This document shows, one piece after another, positions 49,030-60,897 of a DNA stretch of 64,000 bases. The DNA lies in contig CM069145.1 of NCBI GenBank assembly GCA_035221665.1, positions 13,516,001 through 13,580,000 of the forward strand, read 5' to 3'. This DNA is from Okamejei kenojei. Its lineage: Eukaryota. Position numbers and translations under genes: made by a program. Position 1 is the first letter of the stretch, and each line of letters begins with the position of its first letter. A model generated the notes under the pieces. That model was not told where the DNA came from and did no database searches. It saw nothing but the letters and a program-made list of their open reading frames with translations.

Positions 49030-50585
49030 CACTGGCGCAGCAGTATAGTAGCTGCTCTATTCAAGAATCAAGAGGGTTTTATTGTCATATTCCCCGTAAT
49101 CTCCTCAGGAAGTAGAATCGCATATTACCTTCTTTAGAAATGCATCAGTGTTGCTGGAACCAGAAAGATCTTCCGGCAATCATTGCACTCCCAGGAATCC
49201 TTCCCCTACCAAAGTCCAACAATCAGTTCCATGGTTTTACTGAAGTTGAAGAGCCAGGTTGTTGTGCTGGCACCATTTGGTCAATCAGTCCGATCTCACT
49301 TTAGATATTGCTGCTACTCGTCACCATCTGTGATTTCGTCCAACAACGATTGTTGGTCGCGGCGAGTTCGCACTTATGTCCCCCGGCTACGGCAGTCATG
49401 GGTATAAGAGTAGTAAAGCAGGGGCAGAGTCCACGCAGACCTTGAGTGCTCCCATAAAACGGATTGTTGTTGAGATGAAGTGTTTCTGCCAATTCTGAAT
49501 AGACTGTGGTCTGTGGATAGGAAGGGTCGAGGATCCAATTGCAGAGGGATGCGCAGAGACCCAGTTCAGTGAGCTTGGTAACCAGCTTGAAGGGAATATG
49601 GATATCGAACACCGAGCTGTATTATAAACCAACAGCCTGACGTTTTTATTGTCCAAGTGTACTTTGCGGAGTGACAGCCAGTGAGACGCATCCTCTTTTG
49701 ACCTGTTGTGGCGGGCAGGCTAACTGTAGTTGGTCGAGGTTCTCGCCAAGTGGTAGGAGTGATATGCGCCAAACCAACCTCTCAAAGCACATCACCCACC
49801 ACAGACCATAGTGCCACTCACCCGATTTCATTTAGGCACGTCACCTTACTCTTCTTGGCACCAGTATTATGGATGCCCTCTTAAACAGGTGGGAACCTCA
49901 GAAGTGAAAGTTGAAAATTCCGCAAAAGCTCCCGCCCATTTGGTCTGCACAGGTTTTGGAACCTTCGACCGGGCTCGTCCAGGGAGTGATGCATCACTGA
50001 CTGTCGTTTAGCTAACCTTCTGATTTTGCCTTGTAGGAGGTGATGACATTCGAGCCTTGCCACAGTTGCCGAACATATCCCGCCTCAATCCTCCAGCTCA
50101 GAGGCAGAAGTCCCTTTTGGCCTTTTGGTGGCATAGGTCAAGGTCATAATCTGGACTTCATACGCCTCAGCTTCACCAGACCTGAATGCCCGAGATCTGG
50201 TTTTTCAGAAGTATGTGGATCTCATGATTCCTATCCAAGGCTTCTGGTGCTGTTTTGACAGACTACGTGCTGTTTGACAGACTACGGGTGCTGTTGGTAC
50301 AGAGTGAGGTTCTCAGAGATCTTTGATTTTCTCCCACTCTCCAAAGATGCACAGTTTTGTAGTAATTGGCTTGGTATAAGAGTAAATTTCCTTAGTGCGT
50401 GTGGGATAGTGGCCAATGTCTAGGATCGCTGGTCGCACGGTTTGCTCTAAAAAAGACGGTGTCAGTGTATTGGACACAGAATCTGTGAAGAACTTGTTTT
50501 AGTTTTTCCCTTCCCTGCATTTAGTCGGACTGCGCTGGCCGAGGGCTTTTCCTTTTTCCTACCCTGTAACTCTAAACTAAACTAC
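49030..50585 (+). mobile_element. HE1-like SINE split by an antisense Rex1-like LINE fragment (about 49060-50260)
   Basis: SINE head ggcgcagcag at about 49035 and body/tail at 50290-50585 ((taaac)n). The minus strand of the insert encodes LVTKLTELGLCASLCNWILD and DQLQ.A-type Rex1 RT pieces, with a (tcttga)n tail at about 49060. Confidence 0.65.
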
Positions 50586-50811
50586 ACTCCCCCTCCCTCC
50601 TTCCAAATTGATGCAAAAGTTGTGGCCCAAATGCACATTTCAACATTAAAAAAAGAATGCTGCTTGGTATTTCCTTTTAAAGCTCGTTTGAAATGATTGC
50701 AATGTGCATAGCCATATTGGGGAGGGAAAGAGTAATCACATTGATATCAGCATGGTGATTGGATGGGGGCAGAATGTGAAGATGGGGACATTGACTAGGA
50801 CGCACAGATTA

Positions 50812-51113
50812 CTTTTAGACTTAAGATACAGCGCACGAAATAAACCTGTCAGCCCTCCAAGTCCGCGCTGTCCATGATCACCCCATACCCTAGCACTACC
50901 TGCACACCTGGGGACAAAGTACAATTTTAACCAAAGTCCAATTTATCCGTATGTCTTTCATCAATGTGTGGGTTGAAAACAGTAGCATCCTGAGAAAACC
51001 CATGTGTCCCAGGGAGTACGTAGAAATTACCGTGCAGACAGCACCTTCATCAAGATCGAACCAGAGCCTCTGGCACTGTGAGCAACAACGCGACTGCTGC
51101 CACTGTACCACCC
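50812..51113 (-). mobile_element. HE1/V-SINE-like SINE, degenerate
   Basis: (tttagac) tail, gatcgaacc B-box complement and ccactgtaccacc head. Confidence 0.7.
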
Positions 51114-51789
51114 TGGGTCTGGGAAGAAATAAGGAGAGGAAGTTAGATGTATAAATAAATTCAGTATTGTGGGCTAGTAAAGTTTGTCTTGAGGATTCAA
51201 AAGCTCATCATCTGCCAATCTTAACAACCATGGGAAGACAATGTTTTTCTAGGTGTTACAACAAGGGCATCCGGGGATAAAGTTGTCTCAAACATTACCC
51301 TATCTAAAAGGATTGTTGCACAAGAGTGACATTATCCGAGGCTACCCACACGGGTTAGTCAGATCAGAATTCAAACCTAAAGCCCCCAAATGTATTTATG
51401 AGTGATGCTAAGTGATTATCTGAAAAAGATTCATGTTTTACTCTGAGCAGGAAAAAAGGTGAATCTTTTCCATAACGCAAAACAAAATAAGTGTAATGGA
51501 ACTAAATGTTTAGGAATATCAATCTTGTTAGAATAGAATTCCAGGATTAATTGACATCCAAATGACCTTTCTACCCATGGGTAAATTGTCAGAGGCTTGA
51601 TCATATTATCACATAGCATTCACACACATTTTTCATAGAAAGATCAGAGTGTAATAACAGGAGAATTGGCTGCCCATGAGATTAAGATTAATTTATATCA
51701 GAGTGATGGGAAGAGCAAAGTATGTGGAAAGAAGGAACTGCCCAAGATCCAAAGCATGACCACCTCATCTTAAAACACGTGTGGGGGTA

Positions 51790-52449
51790 CTGTGGCTTGG
51801 AATGTATGGTCTGCTGAAGGTCACTGGCTCACATATCTCATTCAACTGACACAGACAAAAACAACTGCTTTTTGTTAAGTAGCATAGATGAATTCTGAAT
51901 GGTATAGACAGATTCCATCTGCTCAAGTTCAAACAAATGCCTCAAAACTCATTGCCGGTGGTTCATTCTACTGCAAGACAATATCCCAAACATACTGCTA
52001 AAGCAACAAAGGATTTTTTCAAAGCTAAAAAATAGTCAATCCTTGAGTGGCCAAGTCAATCAACCCATCTGACCTAATTGAGCATTCCTTTTATATGTTA
52101 AGCGAAACTAAGGGGACTGACCCCAAAACAAGCCATAAGCTAAAGAATGCTGCAATACAGGCCTGCTGAACGCTCACCAGAGAAGACTACGCAGCAACTT
52201 GTGATTCCATGAATCACAGTACTTCAAGCAGTCATTGCATGCAAAGGATTGCACACAAAATACTAAACATAACCTAACTTTCAATTACCAAGACATTGGC
52301 CTAAACATTATGGTGCCTTGAAATGGGGGGGGGGCTATGTAATTGTGCATATCCATGTGATGTTTTCCATTACAACAGACTCAAATTGTGGATACAGAGG
52401 CAAATAATAAATGATGGCTTGTTCCCTACACATTATGAGGGCAAACTGT
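51790..52449 (+). mobile_element. Tc1-like fragment (transposase C-terminus and right TIR), same family as 34511-36163
   Basis: caagttcaaacaaatgcctcaaaactcattg and EWPSQS..DL..IEH-like motif. End cattatgagggcaaactg resembles the TIR. Confidence 0.75.
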
Positions 52450-52472
52450 CGAATAATGGAATTTGAACTCAC

Positions 52473-52645
52473 ATTTGTAAGACAGTAAGAAAGTGACAGC
52501 ATTCTGTTGGGGTAACCATCTGATTTTTATTTATTTTTTCCTCAATTTCTAGACTTTTCAAAGTAATCAAACTCTGTTCAGTGACTCTGGAAATGTACTG
52601 TAAACATTGGTATTTACGCCTCTATGGTGGGGTCCTGCTTTTATT
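52473..52645 (-). CDS. PPP2R2D: B55-delta internal exon (most 5' exon found in this window)
   Basis: cag|NKSR.H.RG..NVYSTFQSH..EFDY.KSLEIEEKIN.IRWLPQQNA..FLLS.TN|gtgagt. NKSR and QQNA fit B55-delta. Confidence 0.9.
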
Positions 52646-53542
52646 CTGCAAAACAAACAGGAATTATGCTGTAACTTAATGTTATTAAACTTGTATTTAC
52701 ATGCTTAATACATATCAACGAACAATATTAATGGAGAAATCTCTGTTTTATATTATCTAGATATCCATTATTCAAACCATCACATCTTTGAAAAATTGAA
52801 GCAACTTTAAAGAAATTCAGAGGTGTTGAAATATACAAACCATAGGAAGTGCTCTCCCCCCACCCAGAGTGCGTTTTTCACTTTACCAACATAATCTTTC
52901 CGAAATCACTGAACTGACAAAATTGTCATGCATTTATGAAGTGTCTTAATAATAAAATGATTTTGAATTTTTATGCTATACGCACAAATAGTAGTTTAAA
53001 AATAAATTATATATATATAGAATATATTTTATATATATATATATATAAGAAAAAATTGCCCTAAACAATATTTTTTTTGGCCTTCTATCTTACCCTCAAA
53101 CGAGTGTTTCCAATCTTTATAATTGCCATTCTGCAAAATTCTGAAAATGTGTTTATAAATTCTAACTTCTTGCCTCCTGGGTTGCTGACTGACATTATAT
53201 TATTCAATGTGCTTGATCTCTGGGCCACTGATATCGAATTGTAGATGATCAGTCCAAATGGGACTAATTCCTTAGACAATTGAATCATTGACATTACCAA
53301 CATTGAAAAAATTTAATCTATGCAACACAAATTGCGATAATCTTTCTGGCAAATGTTCTTACAAAAACAAAGAACATTGTTTCAATCAAAATGCAAGGTT
53401 AATGAGAAATGAAAGTCAACCTACATGGAAAGGTTTAACAATGAGGAAATTAAAGGAAAGGTAAACTCAAAATGCTGGTAATCACTCAGGCGGACAAGGC
53501 AGCATCCCTGTAGAGAAGGAATGGAAAATACTATCTACTATG

Positions 53543-54042
53543 NNNNNNNNNNNNNNNNNNNNNNNNNNNNNNNNNNNNNNNNNNNNNNNNNNNNNNNNNN
53601 NNNNNNNNNNNNNNNNNNNNNNNNNNNNNNNNNNNNNNNNNNNNNNNNNNNNNNNNNNNNNNNNNNNNNNNNNNNNNNNNNNNNNNNNNNNNNNNNNNNN
53701 NNNNNNNNNNNNNNNNNNNNNNNNNNNNNNNNNNNNNNNNNNNNNNNNNNNNNNNNNNNNNNNNNNNNNNNNNNNNNNNNNNNNNNNNNNNNNNNNNNNN
53801 NNNNNNNNNNNNNNNNNNNNNNNNNNNNNNNNNNNNNNNNNNNNNNNNNNNNNNNNNNNNNNNNNNNNNNNNNNNNNNNNNNNNNNNNNNNNNNNNNNNN
53901 NNNNNNNNNNNNNNNNNNNNNNNNNNNNNNNNNNNNNNNNNNNNNNNNNNNNNNNNNNNNNNNNNNNNNNNNNNNNNNNNNNNNNNNNNNNNNNNNNNNN
54001 NNNNNNNNNNNNNNNNNNNNNNNNNNNNNNNNNNNNNNNNNN
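53543..54042. other. Scaffolding gap of exactly 500 N
   Basis: A round-number length suggests an arbitrary scaffold join. Confidence 0.97.
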
Positions 54043-56627
54043 CCCTCATATGGTGCCTGAATTACTCCGCTAATCCCTGAATTTAGTTATTTAGGATTGT
54101 TTTGAACGGCCTAAACATTAGTTTGTATGGGATGGGTCAAGACCCTGCCTCTCACACAGGCTTGTAATTGCTGCATAAATTGCAGCTGACTCCCTGATTC
54201 TAACCTTCTATTTTAACATGTGATCAAGATAAACCCAGATGGGGGGACCTTGTCCTCATTAGTGCAAGTGCCGATCTTCTTATCAGGGCAATTGTTGTTC
54301 CAGTAATTATTAGCACTGGTGAACAGCTTGATACGGTATTATATACATTAGACAATTGTCTTAACTTAGCTCAGGGTGACACCATTCCTAAAATATTCAT
54401 GCACCATGTATACTTGTTTAATTTTGATTATAAATTGGTACCTAAATACCAAATCCTTCGAGACGCAGGCTATAGTAAATGATTAAACAATTTGTTAATA
54501 ACAAATGTTTTCTATGTTGAAGATGTCCATTTTAAGATAATGTTGATTTTTTACACTGTAAAAGTGGATTATAATGATGTCTTGTATGGCTGTACCACCA
54601 CATTTCTTTTTCCCTCGGGGAAATTAAAAATTTAAAAAAATAAAACAAATTAAATGAAGCAAAAAAAAATGTGAAAATATATATAAAAAAATAAAAAAAA
54701 ATTAAAATTTGTAAAATTTATTAAATTTTTGATACATATTTCGTACCTCTTCTTTTAAAATTGGAGAGATATTTTGGGAGTAATCCTAAAATCATTTTTT
54801 AGGTTTTTCTATATAGGTGAAACCAAATTCCTTCTACAATTTTTTTTGTAGGTTGATTGATCCTTTACACATTAAAATAAAACCTACCATTTGTGTATGC
54901 CATATCATGATCATTAAAACACACCGTGTAATCTCCCACAATTGGAGATTTCATCAACTTCTTCTGTAACATGGTTTTGCACCTCTTCAAATGTACATGA
55001 GCCTTTTCTTCAAATCATTTGGGTTCACATAAGGCTGTTGTTGGATGATAAATATTTATTTATCATATTTCTGCCAGTTTGATCCCATTATCCATATCTT
55101 TACTTGGATCCATAATTTAAATTTTTCCTAAGGTTTTAATGACCCAAATATTTACATTGTAATCAATGTCTTGATTTATCCCAAGGCAGGTTTACTCCAT
55201 AATAATAAGGAGTTTAACATTACTTGATCTGTTTTTGACCTGCAAATTCTAAAGTGCAAAATTTCTGGTCGCACAATAACATATTATAAATTATTTTTAT
55301 ATATTAATAAATCAATTAATATATATATAGTTTCTATCTTTTGAGCTCCACAAAACCCCTAACTAATTTCTTCTAATTTGTAATTGGCCCGGCAATTTGT
55401 CTTTTTATTTTAATTGTTTTCTATGTTTTACTTAAGGTAGTGATTGCCAAGCACCAGCCTTTTTCTTTCATGAAATAACTTTGTAATCGGTATTTCCTTA
55501 GGTCTCCATATAATTGAGGAACCTAGGTTCCATACTTGTTGGATTCACCGTTGATACCTTATAAAACATAATAAAAAAGTTTTATCACATTACTCTTGCT
55601 GTTTCAACCATAACAGTTTGGTGATGAGACCAATTCATTTTGGATTCCATGGTTACTTTCATTGCCCTCAACTCCATCATTCAGGTACGTAACCTACTAC
55701 ACTGTGTATTTCTATATTGGTGTGTATGTGGTGGGTTACTTTATGACCAGCCCCACTTTCAATGCACCTTTAGGGTCTAGTTTTTTCATATATTTTTACT
55801 GCCCTGGTTTCTCTGTGTTTTTCCTCAAGCGAGTACAAACTATTCCGAGGTATGAGATATTCCACAGTGATAAATTCACCATAAATATTAATTTATATTT
55901 AAGATGGAAACCCCTCAGGGTTTTGTTTTTGGTTAATTTTTGGGCCTTTTTTAAAACCCTTTGGTTGTTTTTTTTTATTTTTGGAGTGGAGTATTTCTCC
56001 CATTATATTTTTTAAGCATAAAGCTTTTTTATGTTGGAAGGCCTTTTATTAGAACTTTTTTAAAATCATTGGCCTCTTGATTTTTTTGTTTTTTGTTTTT
56101 TTTTTTTTTCCTCCCCACTGGAGTTTTTCCTTTGGAGTTTTTTCTTTTCTTTTTATCTTTTTAAATCGTTTTTTTGTTTCATTGCCAATATTTGTGGAGC
56201 CATTACTAAAGTCTCCCAATCAGTAATTTTAACGGCCACCCACGGTATCGGAGACTGATCCGCACTGTATCTTTAGCATCCCGATCGCTGAGTATTCCCC
56301 TGGGGACTCTTTTTAAACTCCCCGGAAGAGTATTTGTTTTTTTTCTTTTTATTTTAACTTTAGTTTTATTTTCTGCTTTTTAATTTCCATTTCTTTTTAA
56401 CTCCTGGTGGCTCTATACACCAGCACGGAGTTTGGATACGCCCTTGTACAGTATTTCTACTGCACTTACGCTACTTACCTGCGGGGGCCCGTTCCTACGC
56501 TGTTTAGGGAGAGCATGACCTCTGCAGATCTTGACTCTGCCCCTGTCTGCTTAGAAGTAATGCCGATCAAGGCCCCCAGACGGGGGTTCTTCACGTTGGT
56601 CACTCTCGTTGATTTCCGAAGTTAAAA
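54043..56627 (-). mobile_element. DIRS1-like element, second copy, retaining about 1.3 kb of 5'/gag-region sequence (55290-56560)
   Basis: The RT region matches 3142-4195. The left ITR tgccgatcaa..ttcttcacgt..ttccgaagt lies at 56561-56627. The intervening sequence is absent from the first copy. Confidence 0.8.
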
Positions 56628-59600
56628 AAGAACTTATGAACTTCCACACTTCTATCTCAACTCTCTGTTGTCTCACCCGGCCTCCGGCGCAAGGGACTCT
56701 GTTCCACCTCTCCCCTGTTCATCCATCTGTATTGTATTTGCGCAACAACAAGACTTTCTGTACAGTCTCCCTGAAGTGTTTTTTTTTCTGACCTGAACTG
56801 TGGCTTCACCCTTATCTTTGTTAACAAACGCCCTTGACCTCCTTTCATCCGTTGTTCTTATGCATCTTGCTTTCACTCCCACTCCTCCAGGACACGATAA
56901 GGTTTTGAGTTTCCGCTTGGACCTGGACTCGCCTTCCTTATTTTTTTTGCAAGAAATCTAACATTTTTCTCTTCACTCCCTTCGTTATTTGCAGGGGACC
57001 ATTTGTTATACTTCCCTGTCACTCTTCCTTTCCCAGAATCACACCACTTTAGACTTTGGCCGTACACCAGCACTATTTCTATCATAGGGGGACAATTGAA
57101 ATTTACAGAGCCCCAAAAATTGATCCTACAAACCTGCATGTCTTTGGATGTGGGAGGATAGGAACCCGGAAGCACACACAGAGGAAAATCACTGGGGGCA
57201 TGTACAAAATTGTGGTTACAGACAGGCACCCTAGTCAGGATCAGAATCAGTAATCGATCACAACTTTTTTCGGCATGTAGGTTTGCCAACATACGAGGGT
57301 ATTTCATTGGCCAGGTACAAGTCATTCAACTTTAAGTAACAGTTCATTCAAAAAAAACTACATTTTAACATGAACAATCCGACGAAGTGCAGTGACTCCG
57401 TACACATGCCTCACTGGTTGGAAGGTTGAAATAAAGTTCAAAGTCCTTCCCTTAGTTCTTCCTCAGTCATGGGCCTTGAGTCTCCATTCGACGGGGATGA
57501 TCTAAACTCCCGTAGCGGCGGCGTTTGGGCCCGCCCCCTCCGTGACAAGGCGGATCATTCGGCTCCTGCTTGGGGGGGGGGCGGGGGGGGGGGGAGGGGA
57601 TGTCAAGTCCCGTGCTGGGACGATAACAAACTTCGTCGTGGGGGGCTTGGTGAACCTTCAGCGACGTGGTGAGCTCCCGACTCGGCCTCACCGGAGACTG
57701 TGAAGAAGTCCTTGATGTTTCATTCCACGGTGGGGTTTTTTTCCGCGGTGAGGGCGGGGTGGGGGGATGGGGGGGTGGTGGGGAGCGATCCCAGGCAAGG
57801 ATCCGCTCCGATGTTAAGTACCGCGCCACGCGGGGGGGTGGGGGGTCTCATCCACAGACAAGAGGCTTCCACCTCCATCGATGGTATTTTGCTGCAGAGC
57901 CCGGAGAATGTGTTTCGAGAAAAGTTGATCACATCTCCGGGGCGGTAGGTAAAGAAAACATGAATAAAATTTCCCCATCCCCTATCCCCTCAACCCACAT
58001 TTAAAAACAAACCGATGAAAATCAAAAAATAAGATCATTTTAAAACAAATCTTTTAACAAACTAAAAATCCTTCCCCGGCGCCCCCTGGTGTTCGGCGAC
58101 CCGTGTCTTCTGGCGCTGCAAAGCCAGCTAATCTACGTTGCGCCACCTCCGTTTTTGCCGTCCATTAACTGTGCTGCCTTTGACAAAATTTTTCTGTGCA
58201 ATGGCTCATGGATATGCAACTCTTGTTACGGTTGACCTCTTCGTTCCTTTGCACCTCACCATTCAGGGACATTAAAGAGGGTCTTTCCAGGCCCAATGCA
58301 GTGAATCACTTCCTAATATTCTTCCCATGTGTAAACATATGCCCTAGTTACTCTATGTGGTCCTCTACAGTGGCGAACCTAATGCTCTGCAGGGCATCCA
58401 CGTTTAGACCACTTGGTGACACTGCTTTTTCTTCGGGGCTTTGTCGGCACCTCTACTCTCCCCGCGCCCCGCCTTCTTTAATTCACCATCCCCATCACTA
58501 CTCCGGCCTATCTGACCTATTAGTCTTGTGGCCTCCTGAACTGTTCAATGTGGCTCAACACGCAGAACAGCTCATCATTTCATCGGGCCTTCTGCGGCTT
58601 TCTGGACACATTATTGAATTTTACATATTTTTGGTAGCTTGATCTCCCTTGATTGTAAGCTTGTTATCATTAGTTTGTGAGATTGGGCTTTAGCTTTTCC
58701 GTATCCCTTTTTATATACTAACATAAGGAAGACAAAGTGGAATTTCTGTAGTCAAAGAAGGCGGAGTGTTTGGTGTGAGGGTGTGATCTGTGGATTTCAT
58801 TGCCACAACAGGCTGTGGTGGAGGTCCATCAATTGATTTTTTTAAGGTTGGTGAGAGAATGACTAATTCTGGATTCGAAGGTTGTATTGGGTCTATGGGG
58901 GTGGGGTGGTTGAGAAGGCTGGGTGTTTGGGGTTGATTGAGGGAAAGTTTGATCATGACATGATTGATTGGTGTGGATGTAGATTTGATGGGTCTTCAAA
59001 TGGGCCATTATTTGTACTAGAACTTTTGGAATATTTGTTCTCGCTGCTGCGGATGAGGGGACGGTACACACTAAACGTGACCTTTAGTTTAGTTTAGAAG
59101 ATACTAGTGTGGAAACAGGCCCTACGGCCAACTGAGTACTTGCCTGACCAGAGTGATCCCCAACGCATTATCATACCCACAAACACTTGGGATAATCTTA
59201 CATTTTTATACTTGAGCTAATAACCTAAAACGAACCTCTACATATTTGCGGTTGTGCGAGGAGGGAGGGGAGGCGGAGGAAAACGAACATCTCGGAGGGA
59301 AAGGAAATACCGAAACCCAAAAACCCACACGGGGTTACATGGAGAGGAGTGAACTACAAACTACTACACAGACACGGCACAGGGATAGTCAGTTATCGAC
59401 CGGGGTCTCTGGCACTGTGGCACTGTAATGGCAGAGAGTTATGGTACCCAACTGAGACCACTTTTTTCCTGCTTGAATTTTGCGAATCTCCTACTTTTAT
59501 TTTATCAATGTTCTTTTATTCTTCATGTTCATGTTACACATTGACCAGATAGCTAGTGTACAAGCTGATCTACATGGTGTCACCTGTTTTGGCATTGTTC

Positions 59601-60437
59601 CAACTGGAAGAAGAATGGCTTGTCTTGCAAAGGAAAACAGTTTCAGGGAAAAATAATTCCATGAAACCTCCCTGCAGTAAATAGGCATCCATCGTCTCTT
59701 ATGGACTGGGTTCTGTAGTTTCACCACTGGTTAAAATTAACAGATTATTTTTAAGTAATGTTTAGTCTCTGCTGATTTTTAATTATTCTTCATCAATGGA
59801 TTTATATTTGTCTTCCAATTTCCCTCATTATTTGGGGGGAAAAAAAAAAAAAAAATCTACTTCTGTCTGACATACACAGTTACTGAATCGCTTTTAAATA
59901 TGTTTTTGTGTTTTTAAATGAGCTGAGTCTGGACTGGAGCAATGTTTAAAGGTATGCTAAAATAAAGCAAATAAACATTTGGAGGAGAGTTGAAATTTAT
60001 AAAACAGAAAATGCGGAGCAAAGCAAGATGCAGATTTAAATGGGCATCAAGCTAAAATGTTCATTTCTTTCTTTCTTTCTTTCCATAATATTGCTTGCCA
60101 TTTGACCTGATGAGTGGTTCCAGCCATTTTTCAGTTTTTATTTAATAGGTAGTCTCAGAACTATGCTCTTTGCCCAAGTTAGTCCATGCACCAAAACCAA
60201 AGGTTGTCTTCCTGAGCTAGTCCCATTTATCTGCATTTGGGACCATTCCCTCAAATACCTTTCCCATACATGAGCCTGTCCAAATTGTCTTTTTTTAATA
60301 CATTGTTGTAACTATCACCGCGTACACCTATTCCTTTGGCAGCTGTTTCCACATGCCCATCAAACTTCTATGGTTTATGAAGGTTTTTGGAGGGTTTGTC
60401 TCCACCGACGTTAGTCCGAGGGTATAGTACATTTATA

Positions 60438-60897
60438 AGGGGGCTTGTCCCACTTGGGCGACCTAATTGGCGAGGTTTGATGAGTTTGAAAAAATGTCAT
60501 GTTGAAGACCATGTTAGAGAAGACATCTTCGGCTCCTTCGACTATGATGTGACTATCTTACGTCAAACCTCGTCGGACTAACTTCGTCTCTCGATTACTC
60601 GACCTCTAACGTGACGACATACTCCCGGACTAAACCCACGAGGAAGGAAAAGAAAGTATCGATTTCTCCATGGCGACATTTTTTTATCGCAGTCATTTGT
60701 CAACGTTGGAAAATACGCCTGCGACCTTGCTGAAGGCCTCGAGTCGCCGGGACCACTCTCTCGAGCATGAAGGAGAGTTACAAAGACCTCCTTCTTGGCA
60801 ACTAGTTTCGACTTTGCTGTGAGGTATGAGTCGTGGCAAAGCCTAAAGTCTCCAGAACTTGCGGATAATTAGGTTAGCCCAAGTGGGACAGCCCCCT
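60438..60897. mobile_element. PIF/Harbinger MITE, second copy
   Basis: Same TIRs as 8230-8651, with indels. Confidence 0.8.

Noticed and set aside
38888-52645. Calling the gene PPP2R2A or a processed pseudogene
   Set aside because: Diagnostic residues (NKSR, QQNA, SAIM, CTGGK, DKIN) fit PPP2R2D, and introns with splice signals are present.
55662-56015. 117-aa Phe-rich hydrophobic ORF
   Set aside because: It is antisense to the A-rich DIRS gag region in an error-rich, T-homopolymer-inflated stretch.
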